A stretch of DNA of 64,000 bases from the NCBI GenBank assembly GCA_045580325.1, contig JAZNNR010000017.1, forward strand, positions 5,682-69,681. The letters run 5' to 3'. Every line of letters starts with the position of its first letter. Position 1 is the first letter of the stretch. The position numbers were made by a program, and so were the translations under genes. The stretch is from Eubacteriales bacterium. Its GTDB lineage: Bacteria > Bacillota > Clostridia > Oscillospirales > CAG-272. Of this stretch, positions 57,627-64,000 are shown in pieces. The notes beneath the pieces were generated by a model. That model saw nothing but the letters and a program-made list of their open reading frames with translations, was not told where the DNA came from and searched no databases.

Positions 57627-58202
57627 TCAAAAATTTATAATTTCAAGGTGTTCGAGAAGTATTTTAAGTCCCATAAGGCAGAGAATGACACCGCCCGCAA
57701 GCTCTGCGCGCTTCTTGTATTTCGCGCCGAATTTGTTGCCGATAACAACTCCGACAAAGGAGAGTGCAAAGGTTATAACTCCGATAAGAATTACCGCTAC
57801 CGAAATTCCTGTCGAGGGCGCTATCAGAGCAAAGGTTATTCCGACCGCAAGGGCGTCAATACTCGTCGCAATAGCGAGAACGAAAAGCTCTCCGATACTG
57901 AATTTGTCGGGACAGCACTCCTCTTTTTCCTTTTCACAGGCCTCCCATATCATTTTTCCGCCGATAAATCCGAGCAAAATAAATGCTACCCAGTGGTCGA
58001 AAGAAACTATATATTCTTCAAACTGCACGCCGAGAAACCAGCCTATAAGGGGCATAAGCGCCTGAAAAGTTCCGAAAAAGAGCGCTATAAGCGCGCCTCT
58101 TTTATAGTTTATTTTGCTCATATTAAGCCCCTTGCAGACAGCCACCGCAAAAGCGTCCATTGACAGTCCGAGCGCTACGAGCAAAAGCTCAAGTATTCCC
58201 AT
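57627..58202 (-). CDS. mntP: manganese efflux pump MntP
   Basis: [10 protein letters not shown] at the N-terminus and a second SIDALAVG repeat. 191 aa, 6 TM helices. Confidence 0.88.
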   Translation of the reverse strand: MGILELLLVALGLSMDAFAVAVCKGLNMSKINYKRGALIALFFGTFQALMPLIGWFLGVQFEEYIVSFDHWVAFILLGFIGGKMIWEACEKEKEECCPDKFSIGELFVLAIATSIDALAVGITFALIAPSTGISVAVILIGVITFALSFVGVVIGNKFGAKYKKRAELAGGVILCLMGLKILLEHLEIINF

Positions 58203-58239
58203 AAATTAAGATCCTTTTCGTTTTGATATAACTATTTTA

Positions 58240-58758
58240 CTACTGTTTTACGTATTTTTTTACAAGCTCGGGGAGATATTCGTATCTTTTTTTATACGAG
58301 CCGCTTCCGAAGATTTTAAGCAGCTCTTCTGCGCTTACAAATTTAACTTCGCTGACCTCTTCCTCCTGGAGAGAAAAGTCGGACATCTCAAAATTCTTTC
58401 TGAACACCCAAACGTCGCATATCGCGCGCGCCCACGAGGGATATTCCCTTCTGTAACGCTTAAAAAGCTCGCCGTCCTCGGCACTGAGTGTAAGACCAAG
58501 CTCCTCCTTGACCTCGCGGAGCGCTGCCGTAATTGAGGTGTCGCCCGAGATGGCGCATCCACCTGTACACTCCCATTTTCCCGCGAAGGTACGCCCTTTT
58601 TGGCGGCGCGAGATGATAAATTCATTCTTATCGTTTATTATCCAAGCGAAGACGACCAGATGGTATTCGTTTGGCGCAAGGTCGTGCTTGCCGCGCTCTG
58701 TTACACGGTCGGAAATAATATTGCCGTTTGCATCGTAAATATCCCAGAATTCTCTCAT
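58240..58758 (-). CDS. NUDIX hydrolase
   Basis: Nudix box GKWECTGGCAISGDTSITAALREVKEELGL. Confidence 0.85.
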   Translation of the reverse strand: MREFWDIYDANGNIISDRVTERGKHDLAPNEYHLVVFAWIINDKNEFIISRRQKGRTFAGKWECTGGCAISGDTSITAALREVKEELGLTLSAEDGELFKRYRREYPSWARAICDVWVFRKNFEMSDFSLQEEEVSEVKFVSAEELLKIFGSGSYKKRYEYLPELVKKYVKQ

Positions 58759-58801
58759 TTTCTGTAATGCGACCGCTCCGGTCGGCTCCTTTCTTTAGTC
58801 T

Positions 58802-59764
58802 TTATATAAGCGTGCTGTAATTTTCAAGATACCAGTTTACAGTATCGTCAAGTCCCTTTTCAAGCGTAGTTTCGTGCTTCCAGCCGAGCTTTTCAAGTTT
58901 TCGGCTGTCAACAAGATACCTGTCGTCGTGTCCTGCTCTTTCGGGCACAAATTCTATCTCGCTGTCATCTTTGCCGAGTTTTTTCAGAATATTTCGCACA
59001 ATGTCGATGTTATATACTTCTCTCTCTCCCGAAATATTATATATTTCACCCGAAGTGCCCTCTTTAAGAATAAGCTCGAGTGCTTTGCAGTGATCGCTGA
59101 CGTGAAGCCAGTCGCGGCGGTTAAGACCATTTCCCATAACGGGAACCTTTTTGCCCGTGAGAACATTCGTAATCGTTTTCGGGATAAGCTTTTCGGGATT
59201 CTGGCGCGGTCCGTAGGTATTAGAGCTTCGGGAAACCGTAACAAACAAATCGTAAGTTCTCGCATACGAAAGGGCGAGCATATCGGCTGCAGCCTTTGTT
59301 GCCGCATACGGACTAGAGGGCTTCAGCGGCGAGCTTTCGTCAAAACCACCGTCCAAATTGCCCGTATATTCGCCGTAAACCTCGTCGGTCGAGATCTGAT
59401 GGAAACGACTTGTCCGATATTTCACGCAGGCATCAAGCAGCACGGACACCCCGATTACGTTCGACTGCACGAAGGGCGCGGGATCTATAATCGAGCGGTC
59501 AACGTGAGTTTCCGCCGCAAAATTTATAACGGTATCGGGGTGCTCCTGCTCGAAAATGCTGTAAACGAGCTCCCTGTCAGAAATATCTCCTTTGACAAAT
59601 CTGAAATTTTCAGACATAGACAAGGCAATCTCGGGAATATTCTTTATTGCGGCATAGGTCATTTTGTCAAGACATATCACGCGGTCATGGGGGTGTGCTT
59701 CTATATGAGAAAGAAGAAATGCACTGCCGATAAACCCGCAAGCGCCACTTATAAGTAGAACCAT
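58802..59764 (-). CDS. rfbB: dTDP-glucose 4,6-dehydratase (extended SDR)
   Basis: GACGFIGS, NFAAETHVDRS, STDEVYG, YAATKAA. No rfbA/C/D genes are adjacent. Confidence 0.82.
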   Translation of the reverse strand: MVLLISGACGFIGSAFLLSHIEAHPHDRVICLDKMTYAAIKNIPEIALSMSENFRFVKGDISDRELVYSIFEQEHPDTVINFAAETHVDRSIIDPAPFVQSNVIGVSVLLDACVKYRTSRFHQISTDEVYGEYTGNLDGGFDESSPLKPSSPYAATKAAADMLALSYARTYDLFVTVSRSSNTYGPRQNPEKLIPKTITNVLTGKKVPVMGNGLNRRDWLHVSDHCKALELILKEGTSGEIYNISGEREVYNIDIVRNILKKLGKDDSEIEFVPERAGHDDRYLVDSRKLEKLGWKHETTLEKGLDDTVNWYLENYSTLI

Positions 59765-59929
59765 TTTCAGACCGCCTTTACGTAGTAGTTTCCTTATTTT
59801 ATATTATACCACTCCCGAGATCATTTGTCAATTACCTTTTAAAGTGTCCGATCTACGCTGAAAAAGAGTCTTTTGCGGCTTTTTCGGAGTAAAAACAAAA
59901 GAAATTTGATAAAAACTCATTTAAAACCC

Positions 59930-59958
59930 TTGACAAAGTGATTTTGATGTGCTATAAT
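59930..59958 (+). promoter_or_regulatory. consensus sigma-A promoter for ylxM-ffh-rpsP
   Basis: TTGACA (59930-59935), 17 nt, TATAAT (59953-59958). Confidence 0.65.
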
Positions 59959-60019
59959 CTGTCAAGTGATTTGCTTTACAGCAAAACGTTCACTTGAAAA
60001 AATGGGAGGCGGTAAAGGT

Positions 60020-60367
60020 ATGCTTGAAAAGGGTGTGAATATTTCCCTGCTTCTCGACTGCTACGGACCACTACTGACCGACAGACAGCGCGAGGTCCTC
60101 GACCTTTACAGAAACGACGACCTCTCCCTCGGCGAGATCTCAGAGCTTACCGGAATAACCCGTCAGGGCGTGAGTGAATGTATAAGAAAAGCAGAAAGCA
60201 TTCTCATGGAATATGAGGAAAAGCTCGGACTGCAAAGGCTTTACGAGACAAGAAAGCAGATCTTGTCCGAGATAAAAGATAAGATCGCACAGCTCACAAA
60301 ACACGGACAGATCTCGCGTGAGTGTGCAGACGACATAGTAAACTCGCTTGAAAAAGTAGAAAACTGA
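60020..60367 (+). CDS. ylxM: YlxM/p13-like putative DNA-binding protein (UPF0122)
   Basis: Start at MLEKGVNISLLLDCYGPLLTDRQREVLDLYRNDDLSLGEISELTGITRQGV (60020). Canonical position before ffh. Confidence 0.85.
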   Translation: MLEKGVNISLLLDCYGPLLTDRQREVLDLYRNDDLSLGEISELTGITRQGVSECIRKAESILMEYEEKLGLQRLYETRKQILSEIKDKIAQLTKHGQISRECADDIVNSLEKVEN

Positions 60368-60393
60368 AAACGCTTACCCGGAGGTAAAAGTTT

Positions 60394-61728
60394 ATGGCAG
60401 TCTTCCAAAGCCTCGCCGAAAAGCTCGGCAACGCTTTTAAGAAGTTCAGAAGCAAGGGCAAACTTACCGAAGCGGACGTTAAAGCGGGAATGCGCGAGGT
60501 CAAGCTTGCGCTTCTTGAAGCGGACGTTAACTACAAGGTTGTCAAAGACTTCGTAAAAACAGTAACCGAAAGAGCTGTCGGCGCTCAGGTTCTTGAAAGC
60601 CTGATGGCAGAACAGCAGATAATAAAAATAGTAAATGAAGAGCTCACCGCTATTATGGGCGGAACGGTCGAAAAGCTTACCATTGCTCCCAAGCCGCCTA
60701 CGGTAATTATGATGGTCGGTCTTCAGGGTGCGGGTAAAACCACACACGCGGCAAAGATAGCGGGATATTTCAAGAAGCAGGGCAAGCGTCCTCTGCTGGT
60801 CGCCTGCGACGTTTACCGTCCCGCAGCTATCACACAGCTTCAGACTGTGGGTGCACAGCTTGACATTCCCGTTTTCACGCTCGGTGATAAGGAAAGTCCT
60901 GTAAAGATCTCTAAAGAAGCTCTTAAATTCGCCGAAAAGAACGGAAACGATATGGTATTTATCGATACCGCAGGCCGTCTTCAGATCGACGAAAAGCTTA
61001 TGGGAGAGCTTGAGGACATCAGAAACGAAGTCGATCCCACCGAAGTACTCCTAGTTGTCGATGCGATGACAGGTCAGGTGGCAGTCGAGGTCGCAGATGC
61101 CTTCAACAAGCAGGTCGGAATTACGGGCGTAGTTCTAACCAAGGTCGACGGCGACACTCGTGGCGGTGCGGCACTTTCGGTAAAATATATCACAGGCAAA
61201 CCGATCAAATTCGTCGGTACAGGCGAAAAGCTCGACACCATCGAGCCCTTCTACCCCGACAGAATGGCTTCAAGAATACTCGGTATGGGCGATATGCTCA
61301 CCCTTATCGAAAAAGCCGAGCAGGCTTTCGACGAAAAGAAGGCGGCAGAGCTTGAAAAGAAGCTTATGGAATCGTCATTTACTCTTGACGATTATCTCGA
61401 TCAGTTCGCACAGATCAAAAAAATGGGTTCGCTCGATCAGCTTGCAGGTATGATCCCCGGTGTAAAGCCGAGTCAGCTTGCCGACGCAAAGGTCGATGAA
61501 AAGGCGCTCGCACAGACAGAGGCTATAATCAAGTCTATGACTATGAAGGAACGACGCCGCCCCGAAATTCTCAACTATTCGCGCAAGGTCAGAATCGCAA
61601 AAGGAAGCGGTACGTCGGTCGAGGCGGTCAACAGACTTCTCAAGCAGTTCGATCAGGTCAACAAGATGATGAAACAGATCTCATCAGGCAAATTCGGCAA
61701 AAAAGGCAGATTTAATCTCCCTTTTTAA
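60394..61728 (+). CDS. ffh: signal recognition particle protein Ffh
   Basis: GLQGAGKTT, DTAGR, TKVDGD and a Met-rich M domain. Confidence 0.97.
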   Translation: MAVFQSLAEKLGNAFKKFRSKGKLTEADVKAGMREVKLALLEADVNYKVVKDFVKTVTERAVGAQVLESLMAEQQIIKIVNEELTAIMGGTVEKLTIAPKPPTVIMMVGLQGAGKTTHAAKIAGYFKKQGKRPLLVACDVYRPAAITQLQTVGAQLDIPVFTLGDKESPVKISKEALKFAEKNGNDMVFIDTAGRLQIDEKLMGELEDIRNEVDPTEVLLVVDAMTGQVAVEVADAFNKQVGITGVVLTKVDGDTRGGAALSVKYITGKPIKFVGTGEKLDTIEPFYPDRMASRILGMGDMLTLIEKAEQAFDEKKAAELEKKLMESSFTLDDYLDQFAQIKKMGSLDQLAGMIPGVKPSQLADAKVDEKALAQTEAIIKSMTMKERRRPEILNYSRKVRIAKGSGTSVEAVNRLLKQFDQVNKMMKQISSGKFGKKGRFNLPF

Positions 61729-61777
61729 TATAAAAAATAAAAAAATATAAATTTCATTTATTTTGGAGGAACAAAAA

Positions 61778-62023
61778 ATGGCAGTTAAAATCAGACTCAG
61801 AAGAATGGGCGCAAAGAAGGCTCCCTTTTACCGCATCGTAGTAGCAGATTCCAGATTCCCTCGTGACGGAAGATTCATCGAAGAGATCGGATACTACAAT
61901 CCTATGACAAATCCCGCAGAAGTTAAGATCGACGCTGAAAAGGCAGCAACATGGATCAAGAACGGCGCACAGCCCACCGAAACAGTAAAGGCACTTCTCA
62001 AGAAGAACGAAATCATTAAATAA
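61778..62023 (+). CDS. rpsP: 30S ribosomal protein S16
   Basis: ATG at 61778 after [32 protein letters not shown]. Confidence 0.95.
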   Translation: MAVKIRLRRMGAKKAPFYRIVVADSRFPRDGRFIEEIGYYNPMTNPAEVKIDAEKAATWIKNGAQPTETVKALLKKNEIIK

Positions 62024-62042
62024 TCTCACTCGGAGGTAAATA

Positions 62043-62282
62043 ATGGCCAATTTAAAGCAGACTCTCATCGATATGGCCAAGTCTCTCGTTGACAGCCCGG
62101 ATGAGGTTACAGTCGAAGTTTCCGACGAAACAGAAGACTCTGTAACTTTCGAGCTTAGTGTTGCCCCCGACGATATGGGTAAGGTTATCGGCCGACACGG
62201 TCGCATCGCCAAGGCGATCCGTACTGTTATGAAATCGGCGGCTAATCTCGAAGGAAAGCGAGTTATCGTCAATATTAAGTAA
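62043..62282 (+). CDS. ylqC: KH-domain RNA-binding protein (YlqC/UPF0109)
   Basis: 79 aa. GKVIGRHGRIAKAIRTV. Confidence 0.85.
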   Translation: MANLKQTLIDMAKSLVDSPDEVTVEVSDETEDSVTFELSVAPDDMGKVIGRHGRIAKAIRTVMKSAANLEGKRVIVNIK

Positions 62283-62286
62283 AAAA

Positions 62287-62317
62287 AATGCGAAGTCAAA
62301 AGACTTCGCATTTTTTG
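62287..62317. terminator. bidirectional terminator between the KH-protein gene and veg
   Basis: AATGCGAAGTC-aaaa-GACTTCGCATT flanked by A8 and T6. Confidence 0.75.
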
Positions 62318-62358
62318 TTTGAATGAATTATAAGTGCGCATTACCAAGGAAAACGTCT

Positions 62359-62631
62359 TCACTTCTTTTTCAAAACCGCAGGTGTATAGTTCAGTTCCCT
62401 TATCACAACATGACCGATGAGTACCTCGCCGTACTGAAAGGTATGGTGGGCAGGGCGGCTGCTTTCTGTGCATTCCTCTACCTGAAATATGTTTTTATAT
62501 ACTCCGGTAATCTTTGCGGGTGCTTCCTCTACTACGACCCTCGGGTGCGTTTGACTTACGCTTACGTGAACGATCTGACCGTTTTCATAGAGCTGTCTGA
62601 TCTCGTTTTTGATATGATCAATGTTATACAT
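62359..62631 (-). CDS. veg: Veg-family protein (DUF1021)
   Basis: 90 aa. IKNEIRQL..G..V.V......PRVVVEEAPAKITGVYKNIFQVE....S....HTFQYGEVLIG.V.I parallels B. subtilis Veg as I recall it. Confidence 0.65.
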   Translation of the reverse strand: MYNIDHIKNEIRQLYENGQIVHVSVSQTHPRVVVEEAPAKITGVYKNIFQVEECTESSRPAHHTFQYGEVLIGHVVIRELNYTPAVLKKK

Positions 62632-62794
62632 AGCTTTTTCGTAGTATGATCTCCTCTCTCGATAAGGTCAATTGGGCAGAAATGACACAATCGTAATGCC
62701 GAGAGGAGTGAGCGAAACATATAGTTTAAACGTATCCGGCTGCCGTGGATACGAATAGGCTGCATCGCTCTCGTGGTAGAATTTCTACGTATTT

Positions 62795-62823
62795 ATTATA
62801 GCAGATTTTTGCTGAAATTTCAA
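62795..62823 (-). promoter_or_regulatory. sigma-A promoter for veg (about 155-nt leader)
   Basis: Minus strand: TTGAAA (rc of 62818-62823), 17 nt, TATAAT (rc of 62795-62800). Confidence 0.6.
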
Positions 62824-62853
62824 GCGAAATCTTTGGATTTTGTTGTGATTTTT

Positions 62854-63349
62854 GATTTTCTTTGCAAAAAAGACAGATACGCTGTGCGTACTTGGGATTC
62901 TGAACCCATAGCGGACGTCGCATGCCATTACCCCTTCTCTCACTTCCCGTCCGCTACAGCAAATCTTCGATTTGCGGGGTTCAGCATCGTTTTCTTTGCG
63001 TAAAAAAATACAGACACGCTCTCGCGTGTCTTTAATTTCACATACGTGGGATTCTGAACCCATAGCGGACGCCGCAAACGCTTACCCCTTCTTCCCCCCT
63101 TCCCGTCCGCTACAGCAAATCTTCAATTTGCGGGGTTCAGCATCGTTTTCTTTGCGTAAAAAAATACAGACACGCTCCGCGTGTCTTTAATTTCACATAT
63201 GTGGGATTCTGAACCCATAGCGGACGTCGCATAGTGTTACCCCTTCTCTCACTTCCCGTCCGCTACGGCAAATCTTCGATTTGCGGGGTTCAGCATCGTT
63301 TTCTTTGCGTAAAAAAAGAAAGACACGCATAGCGTGTCTGTCTTTTTTA
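62854..63349 (-). repeat. tandem array (3 full units of 154-155 bp plus one decayed terminator remnant) of a structured tRNA-T-arm-like element, each unit ending in a terminator; candidate ncRNA genes
   Basis: Units at 62892-63045, 63046-63200 and 63201-63349. Each has a three-way junction (CUGAACCC/GGGUUCAG, GCAAAUC-GAA-GAUUUGC, UAGCGGACG/CGUCCGCUA) followed by GACACGC-N3-GCGUGUC and U7 on the minus strand. Confidence 0.85.
63311..63349 (-). terminator. rho-independent terminator immediately after tRNA-Ser (prototype of the unit terminators)
   Basis: GACACGC-tat-GCGTGTC followed by TTTCTTTTTTT on the minus strand. Confidence 0.75.
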
Positions 63350-63435
63350 CGGAAGGAGTGGGATTCGAACCCACGTGGGCGTGAACCCAAACGGTTTTCA
63401 AGACCGCCTCGTTATGACCGCTTCGATATCCTTCC
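63350..63435 (-). tRNA. tRNA-Ser (anticodon UGA), class II with long variable arm; no encoded CCA
   Basis: The rc reads GGAAGGATATCGAAGCGGTCATAACGAGGCGGTCTTGAAAACCGTTTGGGTTCACGCCCACGTGGGTTCGAATCCCACTCCTTCCG. Cloverleaf folded by hand: 7-bp acceptor, CTTGAAA loop, GTGGG-TTCGAAT-CCCAC T-arm. Confidence 0.92.
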
Positions 63436-63576
63436 ATATTAGGTTTGTGCCAAAAAAGCTTTTCGTTACTTCTATCCTCACGGCTTCGTGCCCTTCCGAA
63501 AATTACGCCGAAATGTTCGACCGAGCATAGCTCGCTCTCCATTTAGGCTATTTTCGTGAACTGGCTTTTGACCCGT

Positions 63577-63603
63577 GTTATGACCGCTTCGATATCCTTC
63601 CAT
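63577..63603 (-). repeat. 27-nt exact duplicate of the tRNA-Ser 5' end (positions -2 to 25)
   Basis: GTTATGACCGCTTCGATATCCTTCCAT occurs at 63411-63437 (in the tRNA) and at 63577-63603, a 166-bp period. Confidence 0.9.
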
Positions 63604-63653
63604 TTTTGAAGATGCGACCGTCGCATCTTGTCTTGCTTTTTAAGCACTCAAGC

Positions 63654-63682
63654 ATTATAGCATATTTTTTGCGGGTTGTCAA
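63654..63682 (-). promoter_or_regulatory. consensus sigma-A promoter driving the tRNA-Ser locus
   Basis: Minus strand: TTGACA (rc of 63677-63682), 17 nt, TATAAT (rc of 63654-63659). About 45 nt upstream of the duplicated tRNA 5' fragment. Confidence 0.7.
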
Positions 63683-63732
63683 TAGTTATTTTTAAGTATA
63701 ACGCAGAAAGCTGATAATAAAGCCGAGCAGAA

Positions 63733-63767
63733 AACAGACGGCACGAGGATTTTCGTGCCGTCTGTTT
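63733..63767. terminator. terminator after the 63783.. gene
   Basis: ACAGACGGCACGA-ggatt-TTCGTGCCGTCTGT flanked by A- and T-runs. Confidence 0.7.
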
Positions 63768-63782
63768 TAAAATTATTTCATT

Positions 63783-64000
63783 TTATTTTTCTTTTCTCTT
63801 TTTCTTAAAGAATATAACTACCGCAACTGCAACCACGATCAAGAAAGCAGCTATAATTACAAGGTAGACGTAGCCGTCCTTCTTGCCGTCCTTTTCTGTG
63901 TCGAGCGTTTGCGTAACGTTTTCGTCGGTTGTTTCGGTCTTAGAGGAATGAGATTTCAGCTCGTCCAGATCAAACACGTACGTATCGGTAACCTTTTTGC
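63783..64000 (-). CDS. C-terminal part of a membrane-anchored surface protein (5' end beyond the window)
   Basis: The frame stays open to the window edge (..KKVTDTYVFDLDELKSHS...). C-terminal TM helix YVYLVIIAAFLIVVAVAVVIFF followed by KKKRKEK. Confidence 0.5.
   Translation of the reverse strand, partial: KKVTDTYVFDLDELKSHSSKTETTDENVTQTLDTEKDGKKDGYVYLVIIAAFLIVVAVAVVIFFKKKRKEK

Noticed and set aside
58203-58239. yybP-ykoY Mn2+ riboswitch upstream of mntP
   Set aside because: Only 37 nt separate mntP from the upstream NUDIX gene, so there is no room for a ~100-nt aptamer. mntP appears co-transcribed with the NUDIX gene.
62854-63349. Could the 155-bp tandem repeats be a CRISPR array?
   Set aside because: The repeat unit is about 150 bp with only a 5-12-nt variable patch. 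CRISPR arrays have 24-48-bp repeats with unique 25-40-bp spacers. Each unit also carries its own terminator, and no cas genes are present.
62726-63542. ORF-track entries across the repeat array and tRNA (62726..62923, 62785..63063, 62972..63190, 63193..63390, 63249..63542)
   Set aside because: They are translations of repeated DNA, terminator hairpins and the tRNA-Ser gene itself. The SD-like GAAGGGG plus ATG inside the units is lost in unit 2 (TTG instead), and the frames run through U-tract terminators.
63438-63603. Upstream tRNA-like fragment as a second tRNA (Sec/Leu), or as the 5' exon of an intron-containing tRNA
   Set aside because: Only tRNA positions 1-25 are present. No anticodon stem, variable arm or T-arm can be folded from the following sequence. 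The downstream tRNA-Ser is already complete, so no splicing is needed, and 139 nt is too short for a group I intron.

Overview
This 64-kb window looks like core chromosome of a spore-forming Clostridia-class Firmicute, probably Oscillospiraceae/Ruminococcaceae-like. That inference rests on yunB and cotF-like genes, a cohesin-like secreted protein, GGAGG ribosome-binding sites and frequent TTG/GTG starts. Coding density is high and most genes are housekeeping.

Recognisable genes, in order:
- manA; a DUF5685/J-domain/membrane trio; trkH-trkA; pepD
- rpmG-secE-nusG-rplK-rplA
- cdaA-cdaR; recJ; relA/spoT; hsp20 with a perfect CIRCE operator
- ogg-cimA; yunB; guaA
- an ECF sigma/anti-sigma pair; an OmpR/HK two-component system
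- patB; a GH2 enzyme plus a large glycosidase-like protein; murT-gatD
- a family-4 UDG; secA; glyA; mnmE-mnmM; mntP; a NUDIX hydrolase; rfbB
- ylxM-ffh-rpsP-KH protein; veg; tRNA-Ser(UGA)

I found no integrase, transposase, CRISPR-Cas, restriction-modification genes or recognisable defence genes, so I cannot support a novel protein-coding system here. The least explained content is non-coding:
1. About 3.3 tandem copies of a ~155-bp structured unit that carries a degenerate tRNA T-arm. Each copy ends in its own terminator. The array sits between tRNA-Ser and veg (62854-63349).
2. A 27-nt duplication of the tRNA-Ser 5' end, 166 bp upstream of the gene.
3. A convergent array of seven AGTGRTATT 9-mers alternating with mini-hairpins. 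It abuts an extended -10 promoter, a ~250-nt structured leader and an AT-rich GNAT gene (45443-45900).
4. A mosaic family of multi-hairpin intergenic repeats at four loci, a 3 x ~80-bp tri-hairpin array, and GTAG-headed REP-like hairpins.

On the protein side, two glutamine-amidotransferase modules appear to have lost their glutaminase catalytic residues: the GuaA N-domain and GatD. A 1.46-kb sigma/anti-sigma cassette is bracketed by ~75-bp direct repeats. All homology calls come from recognising the translated ORFs by eye; no searches were run.
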